Below, piece by piece: positions 1 through 9,826 of a DNA stretch of 64,000 bases. This stretch comes from an uncultured Chloroflexia bacterium (GTDB lineage: Bacteria > Chloroflexota > Anaerolineae > CG2-30-64-16): contig CAVZDU010000010.1 of assembly GCA_963774265.1 (NCBI GenBank), positions 352,001 to 416,000 on the forward strand, written 5' to 3'. A program made the translations under genes and the position numbers. The number at the start of each line of letters is the position of its first letter. Position 1 is the stretch's first letter. A model generated the notes under the pieces. It was not told the origin of the DNA. It did no database searches and saw only the letters and a program-made list of their open reading frames with translations.

Positions 1-8
1 CTCTCCAC

Positions 9-47
9 AAAAAGAAACCAGGTCTCTCGCGCAAGGTGGAAACCTAG
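9..47 (-). terminator. Probable intrinsic terminator of glnA
   Basis: Minus strand CTAGGTTTC...GAGACCTGG stem followed by TTTCTTTTT, about 30 nt after the glnA stop. Confidence 0.5.
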
Positions 48-73
48 CTTCTGATTGTACCACAAGAGCAGAC

Positions 74-1494
74 TCAGGCGTCGAAGTACAGCGAGAACTC
101 GTACGGATGCGGCCGCATGCGGATCGGATCGACCTCCATCTCGCGCTTGTAGGCGATGTAGGTCTCCAGCATGTCTGTCGTGAACACGTCGCCCTTGAGC
201 AGGAATTCGTGGTCCTCCTCGAGCGCGCGCAAGCACCGCGTCCAGGGAGCCGGGCACCTGCTTGACGCGCTTTGCTTCCTCGGGCGGCAGGCCGTAGAGG
301 TCCTTGTCCATCGGCTCGCCCGGGTCGATGCGGTTCTGGATGCCGTCGAGGCCGGCCATCAGCAGGGCCGCAAAAGCACAGGTAGGGGTTGCCGACGGAT
401 CGGGCGCGCGGAACTCAATGCGCTTTGACTTGGCGCTCCTGGAGCCGACCGGGATGCGGCAGATGGCCGAGCGATTGCGCTGTGAATAGGCCAGGTTGAC
501 GGGCGCCTCAAAGCCGGGCACAAGACGGCGATATGAATTGGTGGTCGGCGCAGCACAGCGCCAGCAGGGCCGACGCATGCTTCAGCAGGCCGCCGATGTA
601 GTACTTGGCGGTGTCTGAGAGCTGCGCGTAGCCGGCTTCGTCGAAGAACGCGTTCTTCCCGCCCTTCCAGATGCTCTGATGGACAGTGCATGCCGCTGCC
701 GTTGTCGCCGAAGAGCGGCTTGGGCATGAAGGTGGCGGTGAGGCCGTTCTGCCGCGCCACGTTCTTGACCATGTACTTGTAGATCATGACGCTGTCGGCC
801 ATGCGGGTGAGCGTGTCAAAGCGCATGTCGATCTCGCCCTGGCCGGCCGTTGCCACTTCGTGATGGTGGATTTCGATCGGCACGCCGGCGCCTTCCAGGG
901 CCAGCACGATGCGGCTGCGCACATCCTGCAGGGTATCGGTTGGCGGGGTAGGGAAGTAGCCGCGTTTGGGCTGCAATCTGGCCGCCGTAGTTCGGGCCCA
1001 GGTCCTTGCCGCTGTTCCACCAGCCTTCGCTGCTGTCGAGGTGGTAGAAGGCTTCATTGGTGTTCGCGCCATAGCGCACGTCGCTGAAGATGAAGAACTC
1101 CGCCTCTGGCCCAAAGTACACTGTGTCGCCGATACCGGTCTGCTTGAGGTAGGTTTCGGCGCGCTCGCGCAATGTAGCGGGGGTCGCGGCTGTAGGGCTC
1201 GCGCGTGATCGGGTCGTACACATCGCCCATGATGACCATCGTGGGCACCTGGAAGATCGGGTCCAGGAATGCAGTGGTCGGGTCCAACAGCAGGATCATG
1301 TCCGACTCGTGAATCTCCTTGAAGCCGCGGATGGATGAGCCGTCGAACGGCATGCCATTCTCAAAGGTCTCTTCGGACAGGATGTGGGCAGGTATCGTGA
1401 AATGCTGCCAGACGCCTGGCAAATCAGTGAAGCGCAGATCAACCATCTGCACCTTAGTCGCCATGGCAAGGACATCAGCAATGGTCTTGGACAT
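74..1494 (-). CDS. glnA: Glutamine synthetase type I (split by several indels)
   Basis: Pieces in different frames: [69 protein letters not shown]-terminal [13 protein letters not shown]; ATG at 1494 with AAAGGA RBS, TGA at 74. Confidence 0.95.
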
Positions 1495-1534
1495 AGTATG
1501 ATTCCTTTCAGGATCGTGCGAATACACGGGGGCC

Positions 1535-1579
1535 AGTATAGGGGGTGCATAGGGCCGCGCGCAAGTACCCGTTCGGGTA
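1535..1579 (-). promoter_or_regulatory. Putative sigma70 promoter of glnA with adjacent TACCC-N4-GGGTA inverted repeat
   Basis: TTGCGC-18 nt-TATACT on minus strand (1564 to 1535); TACCCGTTCGGGTA at 1566-1579 just upstream of the -35. Confidence 0.4.
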
Positions 1580-1637
1580 GTATTGCGGATCACAAGCATC
1601 GCGTCAGCCGCGGTCTATAGTGAAGTCGGTCACTTGG

Positions 1638-1649
1638 GCAACCGGTTGC
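1638..1649. promoter_or_regulatory. Perfect 12-bp palindrome GCAACCGGTTGC, candidate operator
   Basis: Seen directly in the divergent intergenic region upstream of glnA; resembles LacI-family operator geometry. Confidence 0.35.
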
Positions 1650-1787
1650 ATTTTTGGCGGAGAATCACCGAGAAAGTGACGGGAAACGGTAGACACAGTC
1701 TTCCGGCTGCGCGATAATAGGTTGCCGCTGTACGGCTAATCGGAAAGCCGCGCCATTTTGCGAGACGGACGGATTGAGGAGGGCAAC

Positions 1788-2093
1788 ATGCACGCATCGG
1801 CCTATATGTGTATTCATGCCGGTCTGGAACTTTCTGTCGACACGACCGATCCGACCGATGTAGCTGTGGTCCTGCAAGCGCTGGGAGAACTCATGCCGAG
1901 GGCGGCAATCAAGAGTTGGTGCATTGGGGAATTCAAGCTAAGCGGTCCTTGGTGGTATCGTGTCTCAAACCTGGAGACGCGTGGCCCTTTGATTGGGCTA
2001 TGGCTTGTTGGACAGCTATGTGCCAGAGGGTGGGAAGTGTTTCAGGTGAATCAAGGTGACCCCATAAACTACCATATGCGCCGCATCGCCTGA
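1788..2093 (+). CDS. Small hypothetical protein (101 aa)
   Basis: GAGGAGGG RBS before ATG 1788; C-terminal LCARGWEVFQV loosely resembles the DUF4177-type GWE motif. Confidence 0.6.
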   Translation: MHASAYMCIHAGLELSVDTTDPTDVAVVLQALGELMPRAAIKSWCIGEFKLSGPWWYRVSNLETRGPLIGLWLVGQLCARGWEVFQVNQGDPINYHMRRIA

Positions 2094-2121
2094 TCAGGAC
2101 TCGGAAACGGAGGGTGAAAAG

Positions 2122-2337
2122 ATGGCAGACAGTGTCTACAAGGTGATCGAACTGGTGGGCACCAGCACGGAGTCGTGGGAGAAGGCCGCTACGACGGCGG
2201 TCGAGATGGCTGGGAAGTCGCTGCGGGGCCTTCGCAAAGCGGAGGTAGTGGAGCTGGACATGCACCTCGAGGAGGGCAAGATCCTGGCCTACCGCGCCAA
2301 GGTGAAGGTGTCGTTCAAGTACGAAGGCGGCGACTGA
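2122..2337 (+). CDS. Dodecin family flavin-binding protein
   Basis: SVYKVIELVGTSTESWEKAA...YRAKVKVSFKYE; 71 aa; GGAGGG RBS. Confidence 0.93.
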   Translation: MADSVYKVIELVGTSTESWEKAATTAVEMAGKSLRGLRKAEVVELDMHLEEGKILAYRAKVKVSFKYEGGD

Positions 2338-2391
2338 AGCCCGGATCGCTTCTTGGCGAAAAGCGGTGACAAGGCGGCAAGAAGCGGCTTG

Positions 2392-2436
2392 CGCCGTTTG
2401 ACGGCTGATGCAAAGCGTAATGGCCGTCAAACGGCG
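2392..2436. repeat. 14-bp perfect inverted repeat between convergent genes (terminator or REP-like doublet)
   Basis: CGCCGTTTGACGGC (2392-2405) / GCCGTCAAACGGCG (2423-2436); each arm is itself a small hairpin. Confidence 0.65.
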
Positions 2437-2486
2437 GGTTAGCGCGCCTTAGACTTCGGTCCACAAACATCAGGTGCAAATCGGGT

Positions 2487-2726
2487 TCATTGACAGTCAC
2501 TCAACATTGGGCGAGGTTGGCCATCGGGCAACGTGCGGCCTACGCGGCGGGCCCAATGCCCGGCCAGTGCACCCAGATAGTCGATCCGGCTCATCACCCA
2601 ACACTGCAGGTCAAAGGAGATGCCCCGGGTCTCAACTCGGCGCGCGAGCCGTTCTTTTTGTACTGCGCGCTCCATGTCGCGGATCTGGTCCCGGTGTCTT
2701 GCGTCAAACTCATTCCAGTTAAGCAT
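2487..2726 (-). CDS. Small helical hypothetical protein (79 aa)
   Basis: AAGGGGGA RBS; RHRDQIRDMERAVQKERLARR pattern; divergent from the BTAD regulator. Confidence 0.6.
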   Translation of the reverse strand: MLNWNEFDARHRDQIRDMERAVQKERLARRVETRGISFDLQCWVMSRIDYLGALAGHWARRVGRTLPDGQPRPMLSDCQ

Positions 2727-2958
2727 CGTATCCCCCTTGTCTCATCTCAGGATCATGCTCATCTTACCCTGTTGCCGTAAGGAATTCATATACTCCTGCT
2801 TTCACGAGGTAGCCACCATACCTTGCGATGAGCTTACACGTGCCCCATCATATTCGCGCCAACTTGCCATCCCGGGACAGGATGGTACAATACATGAAAC
2901 TAATATTGAATAAACATGAGACGAGCGTGGTGCTATAGGATTGCAACTGTGAAGAAAG

Positions 2959-5900
2959 GTGCAATGGATGGCTGAACTGGCTGTACGCCTGTTTGGAACG
3001 TTCCAGGCCGAGTTGGACGGCCAGCCGGTCGGCGGTTTCTCGTCGGCAAAGGTGCGGGCCCTACTGGCTTATCTGATCATGGAGCGCGAGCGCCCTCACG
3101 GCCGTGATGCGCTTTGCGGGCTGCTGTGGCCAGACGAACCCCAGGAGGTGGCCCAGGCCAACCTGCGTCAGGCCCTGGCCAACCTGCGTCAGGTCCTTGG
3201 CGACCGGTCTGCGGCGAAACCGCTCCTCACTGTGACGCGTGATGCTGTTGGGCTGACTGTGGGCGCCGATTGCCTGGCCGACGCGGGGGAGTTTGTGGAC
3301 CGTCTCGACCGCTGCCGAACGCACGGACACCGGCGAACGGCGGCATGCGAATCGTGCACCCAGCACATCGAGGCGGCCCTGCAACTCTACCGAGGCGATT
3401 TCCTCGAGGGATTATACATCGCTGCAGCCCCCGAGTATGACGCGTGGGTTCTGGCCCGACGCGAGCGTCTACGGAGCGATGCACTCGACGCTTGGTCGTC
3501 GCTGACCGAACATCACTTGCTGACCGGCGCGCATGAGTTGGCCGGCACGCTTGCCCGGCGCCAGCTGGTGCTTGAACCCTGGCGCGAGGAGGCGCACCGC
3601 CAACTCATGCGTGCCCACGCGCTTGCCGGAAATCGCTCCGCGGCGCTGAACCAATATGAAGCCTGCCGGCAGATCATGGCAGCCGAATTCAATGCTGAAC
3701 CCTCGGCCGACACCCAGGCGCTGCTGAGACAGATTCGCGCGGGACATCTCGCAGTCCAGGTCCCCCTGCGCAACTGGCCTGCGCCGGTCACCGCGTTTGT
3801 CGGCCGCGTGCGAGAGCTCGCCGAGCTAGCCGAACGGTTGGGTAATCCGGCAATGCGACTCATCACCATCGCCGGGCTGGGCGGCGCCGGCAAGACGCGA
3901 CTTGTCGTTGAGGCTGGAACCCGCGTAGCCTATGGTTTCGCGGATGGTGCCTGCTTCGTCAATCTCGCCGGCGCCGTCTCCGCCCCTGCTGTGATCCACG
4001 CGATCGCCGCCGCGTTAGGCCTGGCCATCGGCAACCCGACAGCGCCCGACATGGAACTGACGCGCGACCTTCAGCGGCGTGAGCTGCTATTGGTGGCTGA
4101 CAACTGCGAGCACACGGCCGGCCACGCCAGCGTGCTGGGCCGCTTATTGCGCGCCTGTCCGCGCCTGACCGTGCTCGCCGCCAGTCATGGGCCACTCGGT
4201 ATTGACGGCGAATGGGTGATGCGGCTCGATGGGCTGACACTGGGCGTCCGCATCCCTGAAGGCGACGAGCACGACGGTGAGGCGGTCACGCTCTTCCTGG
4301 AGCGTATGCACCAGGCTAGAGGTGCCCGGCCAATGACCGAGCCGGAACGCCAGGCTGTGGCAGACATCTGCGAGCAGGTTGGTGGCCTGCCCCTGGCGAT
4401 TGAGTTGGCCGCGGCGTGGACGCCCGTCCTGTCGTGCACGGAAATCGCCGCCGAAGTCGCCCGCAGTCGCAAGTTCCTCGATGTTCCCCAGGACGATGCG
4501 TCTGGGCGAACGCTTGGCGCTATTCTGGACCAAGCCTGGCATCTGCTCGACCCGCGCGAGCAACGTGTGTTGGGGCAAACCGCCGCCTTCCGACATGGGT
4601 TCCGCCGTTCCGAGGCGGCTGCGGTGATCGACGCTGGGGAGGGGGCGCATGCGTTGGACAGCGCACTCCGCGTGCTGGTTGACCGATCATTGCTCCGTGT
4701 GATCCCGGACGGCCGGTACCGTCAACATCCGTTGGTCGAGCAGTTTGCCGCCGAGCACCTGGCCGCCGACTCGACGCTCCTGTCGGCAGTCGAGCGCCGG
4801 CACGCTGACGCCTACATGAAGCTGCTGAGCGCCGCGGGTCTCGACCTCAAAGGGGCGCGGCAACAAACGGCTCTGTCTGCACTGATGGAGGAGCATCCAA
4901 ACATCCTCGTCGCTTGGCACCGCGGGTTGGCTTCCCATGCGTTCGCCATGCTGGCTGCCGCAGTCGATGCCCTCAGTACCTTCTACGACCTGCTTAGTCG
5001 TTCGCAGGAGGCGCTCGACCTGTTTCGCCACTCGGCCGACATTGCAGTGGCTCATGCAGACCACGATCCCGTGGCAGCTCAGCTGACGGGTGAGCTCCTG
5101 GCGCATGGTGGCATGCACTCGTATCGGCTCCTCGAGCTGGCGGAGGCGAAGGCATTGCTCGAGCGCAGCCTTGCAGTGTTGCCCCCAGAGTGCGGTCGCG
5201 AACGGGCGCTGGCGCTCCATGGTCTCGGCAACGTGCTCTTTTGGCAAGGGGATGTGGACGCTGCCGAGGCGTGTTATATCGAGGGGCTGGCCCTGGCTCG
5301 ACGGGCCGACGACACGTGGCGGGTTGGAGCCCTCGCCGCCCTGCTGGGCGATTGCGCCTCGGTCCGCGGCAGCCATGCCGCGGCAATGTCCGGGTATGAG
5401 GAATCACTTGCGCTGTTCCGCGAGCTGGGCGACCCCCGCATGACCGCAGTTGCCCTCGCGAACCTGGGCGACGGCTACCGTCGACAGGCGCTCCTCGCCG
5501 AGTCGTGTGCGATGCACGAGGAGAGCCTGGCCATCGCCGCGGGGGTCGGCTTTCGCCGTCTTCTCGCCAACAACTACAACGGCCTTGGCGAGGTCGCGGT
5601 ACGGCGAAGGCGATTTATCGTGTGCCGCTGAGTATTTCGCGGCCAGCCAGGAGGTGTGTCGCGAGATCGGCTGCTATTCCGTGGGCGTGCTGAACCTGGT
5701 TGGGCTCGCGGACGTTGCGTGCGAAGAAGGGGATACGCTGCGGGGCAAAATGTTCCTGCGTGAAGCCGTCCGGTCCCTGATCGAACACGAGAGCTGGGCC
5801 GTTCTCCCCGTCGCCGTCACGGCACTGGCTCACATCCTCAGCATGCAGAACGAGCAGCAGGAACTGGTCCGTGCAATCTCGCTCCTTGCCCAGGTGCTTT

Positions 5901-6124
5901 GTCATCCTACTACATGGGAGGACTATCGGCACCGGGCCATGCGTCTTTTGATGGCGCTGCAAGCGCGCCTGCCCGATGAAACCGTTGCTCGCGGCGATGG
6001 CCACAGCGGAGCCGGTCGCACCAGCTATTCGCGACATGCTTGCTCTGGAGATGCCCGCAGCAGCCCCCGCTTTCGCCGAAACAGGATGTATCCGGTGGTG
6101 AACGCAGCGATCGCTCCTCGCTAA
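2959..6124 (+). CDS. AfsR/SARP-type regulator: wHTH-BTAD + NB-ARC-like ATPase + TPR (indel near 5600)
   Basis: KVRALLAYL, LLWPD, LYRGDFLEG, EPWREEAHRQLM (BTAD); GLGGAGKTRL Walker A; LLLVADNCEH; GGLPLAIELAA; TPRs continue in ORF 5450-6124. Confidence 0.9.
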
Positions 6125-7188
6125 TTGGCCCGTTGGAAGGTCACATCCCAGGAGTAGTGATGGCAGCAACTGCACGGCGCGACAAAGTTGGCGCAATCCT
6201 CAGCGTCTCGGCAATAGCCGCCTTGGATCAGCAGCTCCACAGGGATATCGTAAACCAGCGTGCTGACTGTGCCACTGCGGTCGCTGATCACCTCCCGTCC
6301 GGCGGCGTCGCGGAGCACATAGACCTCCTTGGCCTCGCCCAGGACGAATTCTGCCACGCCGGGCCCTTTGCGACCGGTCACATCCTCTTCGTAGGGCATT
6401 GTCGCTGACTTGACCGTGACTCCGTCCAGCCGATTGCCCTCCGCATCCTTCACATACACATGCAAGACGCGTCCCATTCCGCAGTTGAACACGCTGTCCT
6501 CGAAAGACCCGCCATTTTCGACGGCATCCCACAAGCGAACGCCTACAAGCTTGAACTCGGGGCCTGGAGTCACGGCCGGCGCGGTAGGTCGCGGCGTGAC
6601 TGTCGGTGCTGGAGGCGGGGGCAAGACATCCTCGATGAGCACCACTGTGTCGGTCGGGCCGAGAACACGCACGACCGTGGCGGCGACCCAAACCCGACCT
6701 CCGCCGGTCCAGTCAAGCTGCCACCAGTCACCGGCGGCGTTCCGACCCAGGATTTCCACTTCTTGTCCGGCATGCAGCGTGGCCACCACAGGATAGGCCC
6801 GTCCGGGGCCATCCCGCAGGTTCACCTCTCCATCGGCGACCGCGTGCGGTGCCTGAGGCGTGGCCGTTTGGCTGGCGGTGGGTGTGACCGCGGAATGCGG
6901 CCTTTCGGTGGGCGGTAGCGGTGTTGCTGTGGAGGCCTGTAGAGGGCTGGCCGATGGGGGAAGTAACCGCAGCAAGGTCGGCGATTGGGGCGCGGTTAGG
7001 CTCGGCGCCGGCGGCACTGTCGGCGGGATGGCACGCGCCATGACAGGCTCGCCGGTGGGCCTCTCCTGGTTTCGCCCGGGCGAGCAGCCGCAGGCGAAGG
7101 CCAGGATGGCGAGTGCCAGAAGCGCAAGCGTCAGGACAACGACACGTGCCGGGGCGACAGAGCAACGCAGTCGTCTGTGTTTGCCCAT
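6121..7188 (-). CDS. Secreted/lipoprotein with Pro/Thr linker, bacterial SH3 domain and Cys-rich C-terminal domain
   Basis: Hydrophobic leader ending AFACGC; VNLRDGPGRAYPVVATL...GRNAAGDWWQL...WV (SH3b); start uncertain. Confidence 0.8.
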   Translation of the reverse strand: MGKHRRLRCSVAPARVVVLTLALLALAILAFACGCSPGRNQERPTGEPVMARAIPPTVPPAPSLTAPQSPTLLRLLPPSASPLQASTATPLPPTERPHSAVTPTASQTATPQAPHAVADGEVNLRDGPGRAYPVVATLHAGQEVEILGRNAAGDWWQLDWTGGGRVWVAATVVRVLGPTDTVVLIEDVLPPPPAPTVTPRPTAPAVTPGPEFKLVGVRLWDAVENGGSFEDSVFNCGMGRVLHVYVKDAEGNRLDGVTVKSATMPYEEDVTGRKGPGVAEFVLGEAKEVYVLRDAAGREVISDRSGTVSTLVYDIPVELLIQGGYCRDAEDCANFVAPCSCCHHYSWDVTFQRAN

Positions 7189-7207
7189 CTGCATGCACCA
7201 AGAAGAA

Positions 7208-7236
7208 AGGCCCGCTTCCATTGGAGAAGCGGGCCT
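7208..7236 (-). terminator. Intrinsic terminator after tRNA-Gln
   Basis: AGGCCCGCTTC / GAAGCGGGCCT 11-bp stem then TTCTTCTT on minus strand. Confidence 0.75.
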
Positions 7237-7242
7237 GCATTA

Positions 7243-7316
7243 TGGCTCGGGGACAGGGATTCGAACCCCAAATTTCTGATCCAGAGTCAGATGTTTTACC
7301 ATTAAACTATCCCCGA
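7243..7316 (-). tRNA. tRNA-Gln (anticodon CTG)
   Basis: Minus strand TCGGGGA...TAGTTTAATGGTAAAAC...TCTGA-CTCTGGA-TCAGA...GGTTCGAATCC...TCCCCGA-G-CCA; cloverleaf with U1-A72 pair and encoded CCA. Confidence 0.95.
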
Positions 7317-7392
7317 CCGATGGCGAAATATTACCATAGACTGCCCTTGGGAGCAAATTCCCGAGCCAATAAGCCGCAGAGCCAGCCCCGGC

Positions 7393-7929
7393 TTAACCAT
7401 CGTACGCCAATCGAAACGTTACAAACGCGTACCCTTCTTCCACCGACAGGCTGGCGTGTACATGGCCCACATTGCCCCCTTCTCGTAACCAGGGAGGATA
7501 GAAGATATCGGCCAGGATGCGCGGCCGCCGGTCCCCGTAGTGCGGCCCCTCAACCGTATCGCTCGTCCACTCGCAAAGATACACCGGCTTCAACCCGCCG
7601 CGGAGCTCGGTCACGTGCCCCTCCTGGTGCGGCCACACACCGGCATCCAATTCCTCGCTGTGTGCACCACCCATGAGATCCTGAAGCTCCGCCATCCTGG
7701 GCAGGCGGTAGATGCGACCGGTCCGGCCCCCCAGCCAGGCGCAATAAGCAACTGCATCCACCTGTGACACGTCGATCACTGGCGCGCCGGCTGAGTGGAT
7801 CTGTTTCAACGTGTAGGGGGTTGCCCGCCCTATTTCGCGCAGGAAATGCTTGAAGTCTCCCACAGTAACCGGGTGAATTGCCAGGTGGACCTGCCCGCCG
7901 GGCAATTCGACGGCAACGAATTCGCTCAA
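7393..7929 (-). CDS. Short, divergent FGE-sulfatase (SUMF1-like) domain protein
   Basis: HPVTVGDF, PVIDVSQVDAVAYCAWLG, YRLP, EWTSD, terminal TFRLA. Confidence 0.7.
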   Translation of the reverse strand: MSEFVAVELPGGQVHLAIHPVTVGDFKHFLREIGRATPYTLKQIHSAGAPVIDVSQVDAVAYCAWLGGRTGRIYRLPRMAELQDLMGGAHSEELDAGVWPHQEGHVTELRGGLKPVYLCEWTSDTVEGPHYGDRRPRILADIFYPPWLREGGNVGHVHASLSVEEGYAFVTFRLAYDG

Positions 7930-7936
7930 GTCAACC

Positions 7937-8692
7937 TCACTGCGGCCTGAACGACCGCGCGCTCTGCTCGAAGATCGGCGCCATGCGAGCGTCGCGCTCG
8001 GGCGTTGTTGAGTAGCTCAGGATCCAGAGGTCGCTGTCAGACAGCACCAGGTACTGGTGACCGCGGATGTTGACCGTCGGTTTGACAGCGGTAATTATCG
8101 GTAATGTGTAGTCGATGCGCGCCGCAGGCAGCCCGTTAATCCGCAGGCTCGCATCACTTGATAGCACGACGAAACCTGCTTTGTCAAGCTGCGGCAACAG
8201 CAGATCGAGCGCTTGCCCCTGCATGTCCGTGATCCGCTCCGCGCCCAGCGGCGATCGGCGGATGTTAAGGCTCTCCGTGAACTCCCCGTTTGTCGGGCCG
8301 AAAGCCCACAAGGCCGCGCTCTGCAAGGCGTCAGCATTGCCGATGATGCCCGCCAGTTGTGGATTGTCTTGTCTCAGGTTCTCCAGGGCTGCCTGTGCAT
8401 CGCCTGAGGTCAGTTCGATCACTTGCCAGTCAGGCGGCAGCGCGAGCCTGACATGTTGGTTCTCATAATCGATCCAATCATGGGGCAGCAGGCTGGGCGT
8501 GAGGGTCACGACCGGGGTCGCCAGCGTCGCCGTCGGCCTGTGTGCGAACGTGGGGGAGGGCGCAGATAGGGTCAACGTCGGGCGGGTCGACGGGACAGCC
8601 TGGGTAGATGCGGGCTTGGATGAACACGCGCCTACCAGTCCAGCGAGCGCAATAACTGGGAGAAGGGTCGTTCCGAGTCGCCAGGTTTTCAT
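7937..8692 (-). CDS. Lipoprotein with PsbP/DcrB-like domain
   Basis: Lipobox LVGAC, Thr/Pro linker, LALPPDW, INGLPAARIDY, FEQSARSF. Confidence 0.7.
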   Translation of the reverse strand: MKTWRLGTTLLPVIALAGLVGACSSKPASTQAVPSTRPTLTLSAPSPTFAHRPTATLATPVVTLTPSLLPHDWIDYENQHVRLALPPDWQVIELTSGDAQAALENLRQDNPQLAGIIGNADALQSAALWAFGPTNGEFTESLNIRRSPLGAERITDMQGQALDLLLPQLDKAGFVVLSSDASLRINGLPAARIDYTLPIITAVKPTVNIRGHQYLVLSDSDLWILSYSTTPERDARMAPIFEQSARSFRPQ

Positions 8693-8722
8693 AATTCTCC
8701 CGAGAGCACGGCTGGCCTACCG

Positions 8723-9826
8723 CTACGCGTCAAACCCGATCTTCTTGTGCCGGACTGCGACGCTTTCGGCTAGCCCGATCGCAATCAATAACGTCCACAG
8801 GGAACTGCCGCCGTAGCTGATAAAGGGCAAAGGGATGCCGGTCACGGGCATGATCGACAGATTCATGCCGATATTGATCAGCACCTGGACGAAGATCATG
8901 GCGGTAACCCCGGTCACGATCAACATGCCGAAAGTGTCGCGCGCACGGCTGGCGATGTGTATCAGCCTGAACATCAGCAGTCCGAAGAGGATAATCAGCG
9001 TGGCGCCGCCAATAAAGCCCATCTCCTCGGCGGTCACCGAGAAGATGAAGTCGGTGTGGCGCACCCGAAGAAAGTGAAGCTGGCTCTGCGACCCGCGAAA
9101 TAGCCCGCGTCCCAGCCACCCGCCCGAACCAATGCCGATAATCGCTTGTTCGACATTATAGCGCGCTGACGCCGGCGCCGAGTCCGGCCGTATCAGCATC
9201 AACACGCGCTCCTTCATATAGTCAGCAAGCAGATATCTCCAGGCCGGGACGACCGCCGCGGCCCCCAGAGCGCCGAAGAAGATGCCGTGGCGAATGCGCA
9301 GGCCTGCCACCACGATCATCGCGATACCGATAGCCACGACAACCAGCGCCGTACCCAGGTTCGGCTGCCAGAAGATCAGGCCGACTGCGGGAAGCAGCAG
9401 CCCGATCGCCAGGATGGGGGTGACCAGGCTGTCCATTTTTTCCTCTCGCGAGGACAGAAAATGTGCGAGCGCCAGGATCAGCGCGATCTTGGTCAGCTCT
9501 GAAGGCTGGAGGAAAAACTCCCCAATCGTCAGCCACCGCTGCGCGCCACCGGCAACCGTGCCGATGATCTTGAGAACGATGAGGACTCCCAGGAAGAATA
9601 GATAGATTGGGTAGGCAAGGGTGGTGAGTAGACGATAATCGAGCGCGGTTGCGATGAACATCACCAGGACACCAACGCCCAGGAAGGCCGCCTGTCGCCA
9701 GGGCCAGTCCTGGTAGACTTCATTTCCCGACAAAGCGCTGGCAACCATGACAATGCCGAACACGCTCAAAATCAGGACAAGCCCGAACAGGGTCCAGTCA
9801 AAACGGCGGGAAATCGAGATTCTCAC
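8723..9826 (-). CDS. rodA: Rod shape-determining SEDS protein RodA
   Basis: GAQRWL, LQPSELTK, QPNLGT, HTDFIFSVTAEEMGFIG, PVTGIPLPFISYGGSS; follows mrdA. Confidence 0.95.
   Translation of the reverse strand: MRISISRRFDWTLFGLVLILSVFGIVMVASALSGNEVYQDWPWRQAAFLGVGVLVMFIATALDYRLLTTLAYPIYLFFLGVLIVLKIIGTVAGGAQRWLTIGEFFLQPSELTKIALILALAHFLSSREEKMDSLVTPILAIGLLLPAVGLIFWQPNLGTALVVVAIGIAMIVVAGLRIRHGIFFGALGAAAVVPAWRYLLADYMKERVLMLIRPDSAPASARYNVEQAIIGIGSGGWLGRGLFRGSQSQLHFLRVRHTDFIFSVTAEEMGFIGGATLIILFGLLMFRLIHIASRARDTFGMLIVTGVTAMIFVQVLINIGMNLSIMPVTGIPLPFISYGGSSLWTLLIAIGLAESVAVRHKKIGFDA

Noticed and set aside
2800-2840. SARP-type direct repeats with 11-bp spacing (CTTGC at 2822, CTTAC at 2833)
   Set aside because: Too short and degenerate to distinguish from chance
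1600-7316. Genomic island integrated at tRNA-Gln
   Set aside because: No integrase and no duplicated tRNA 3' end seen in the window
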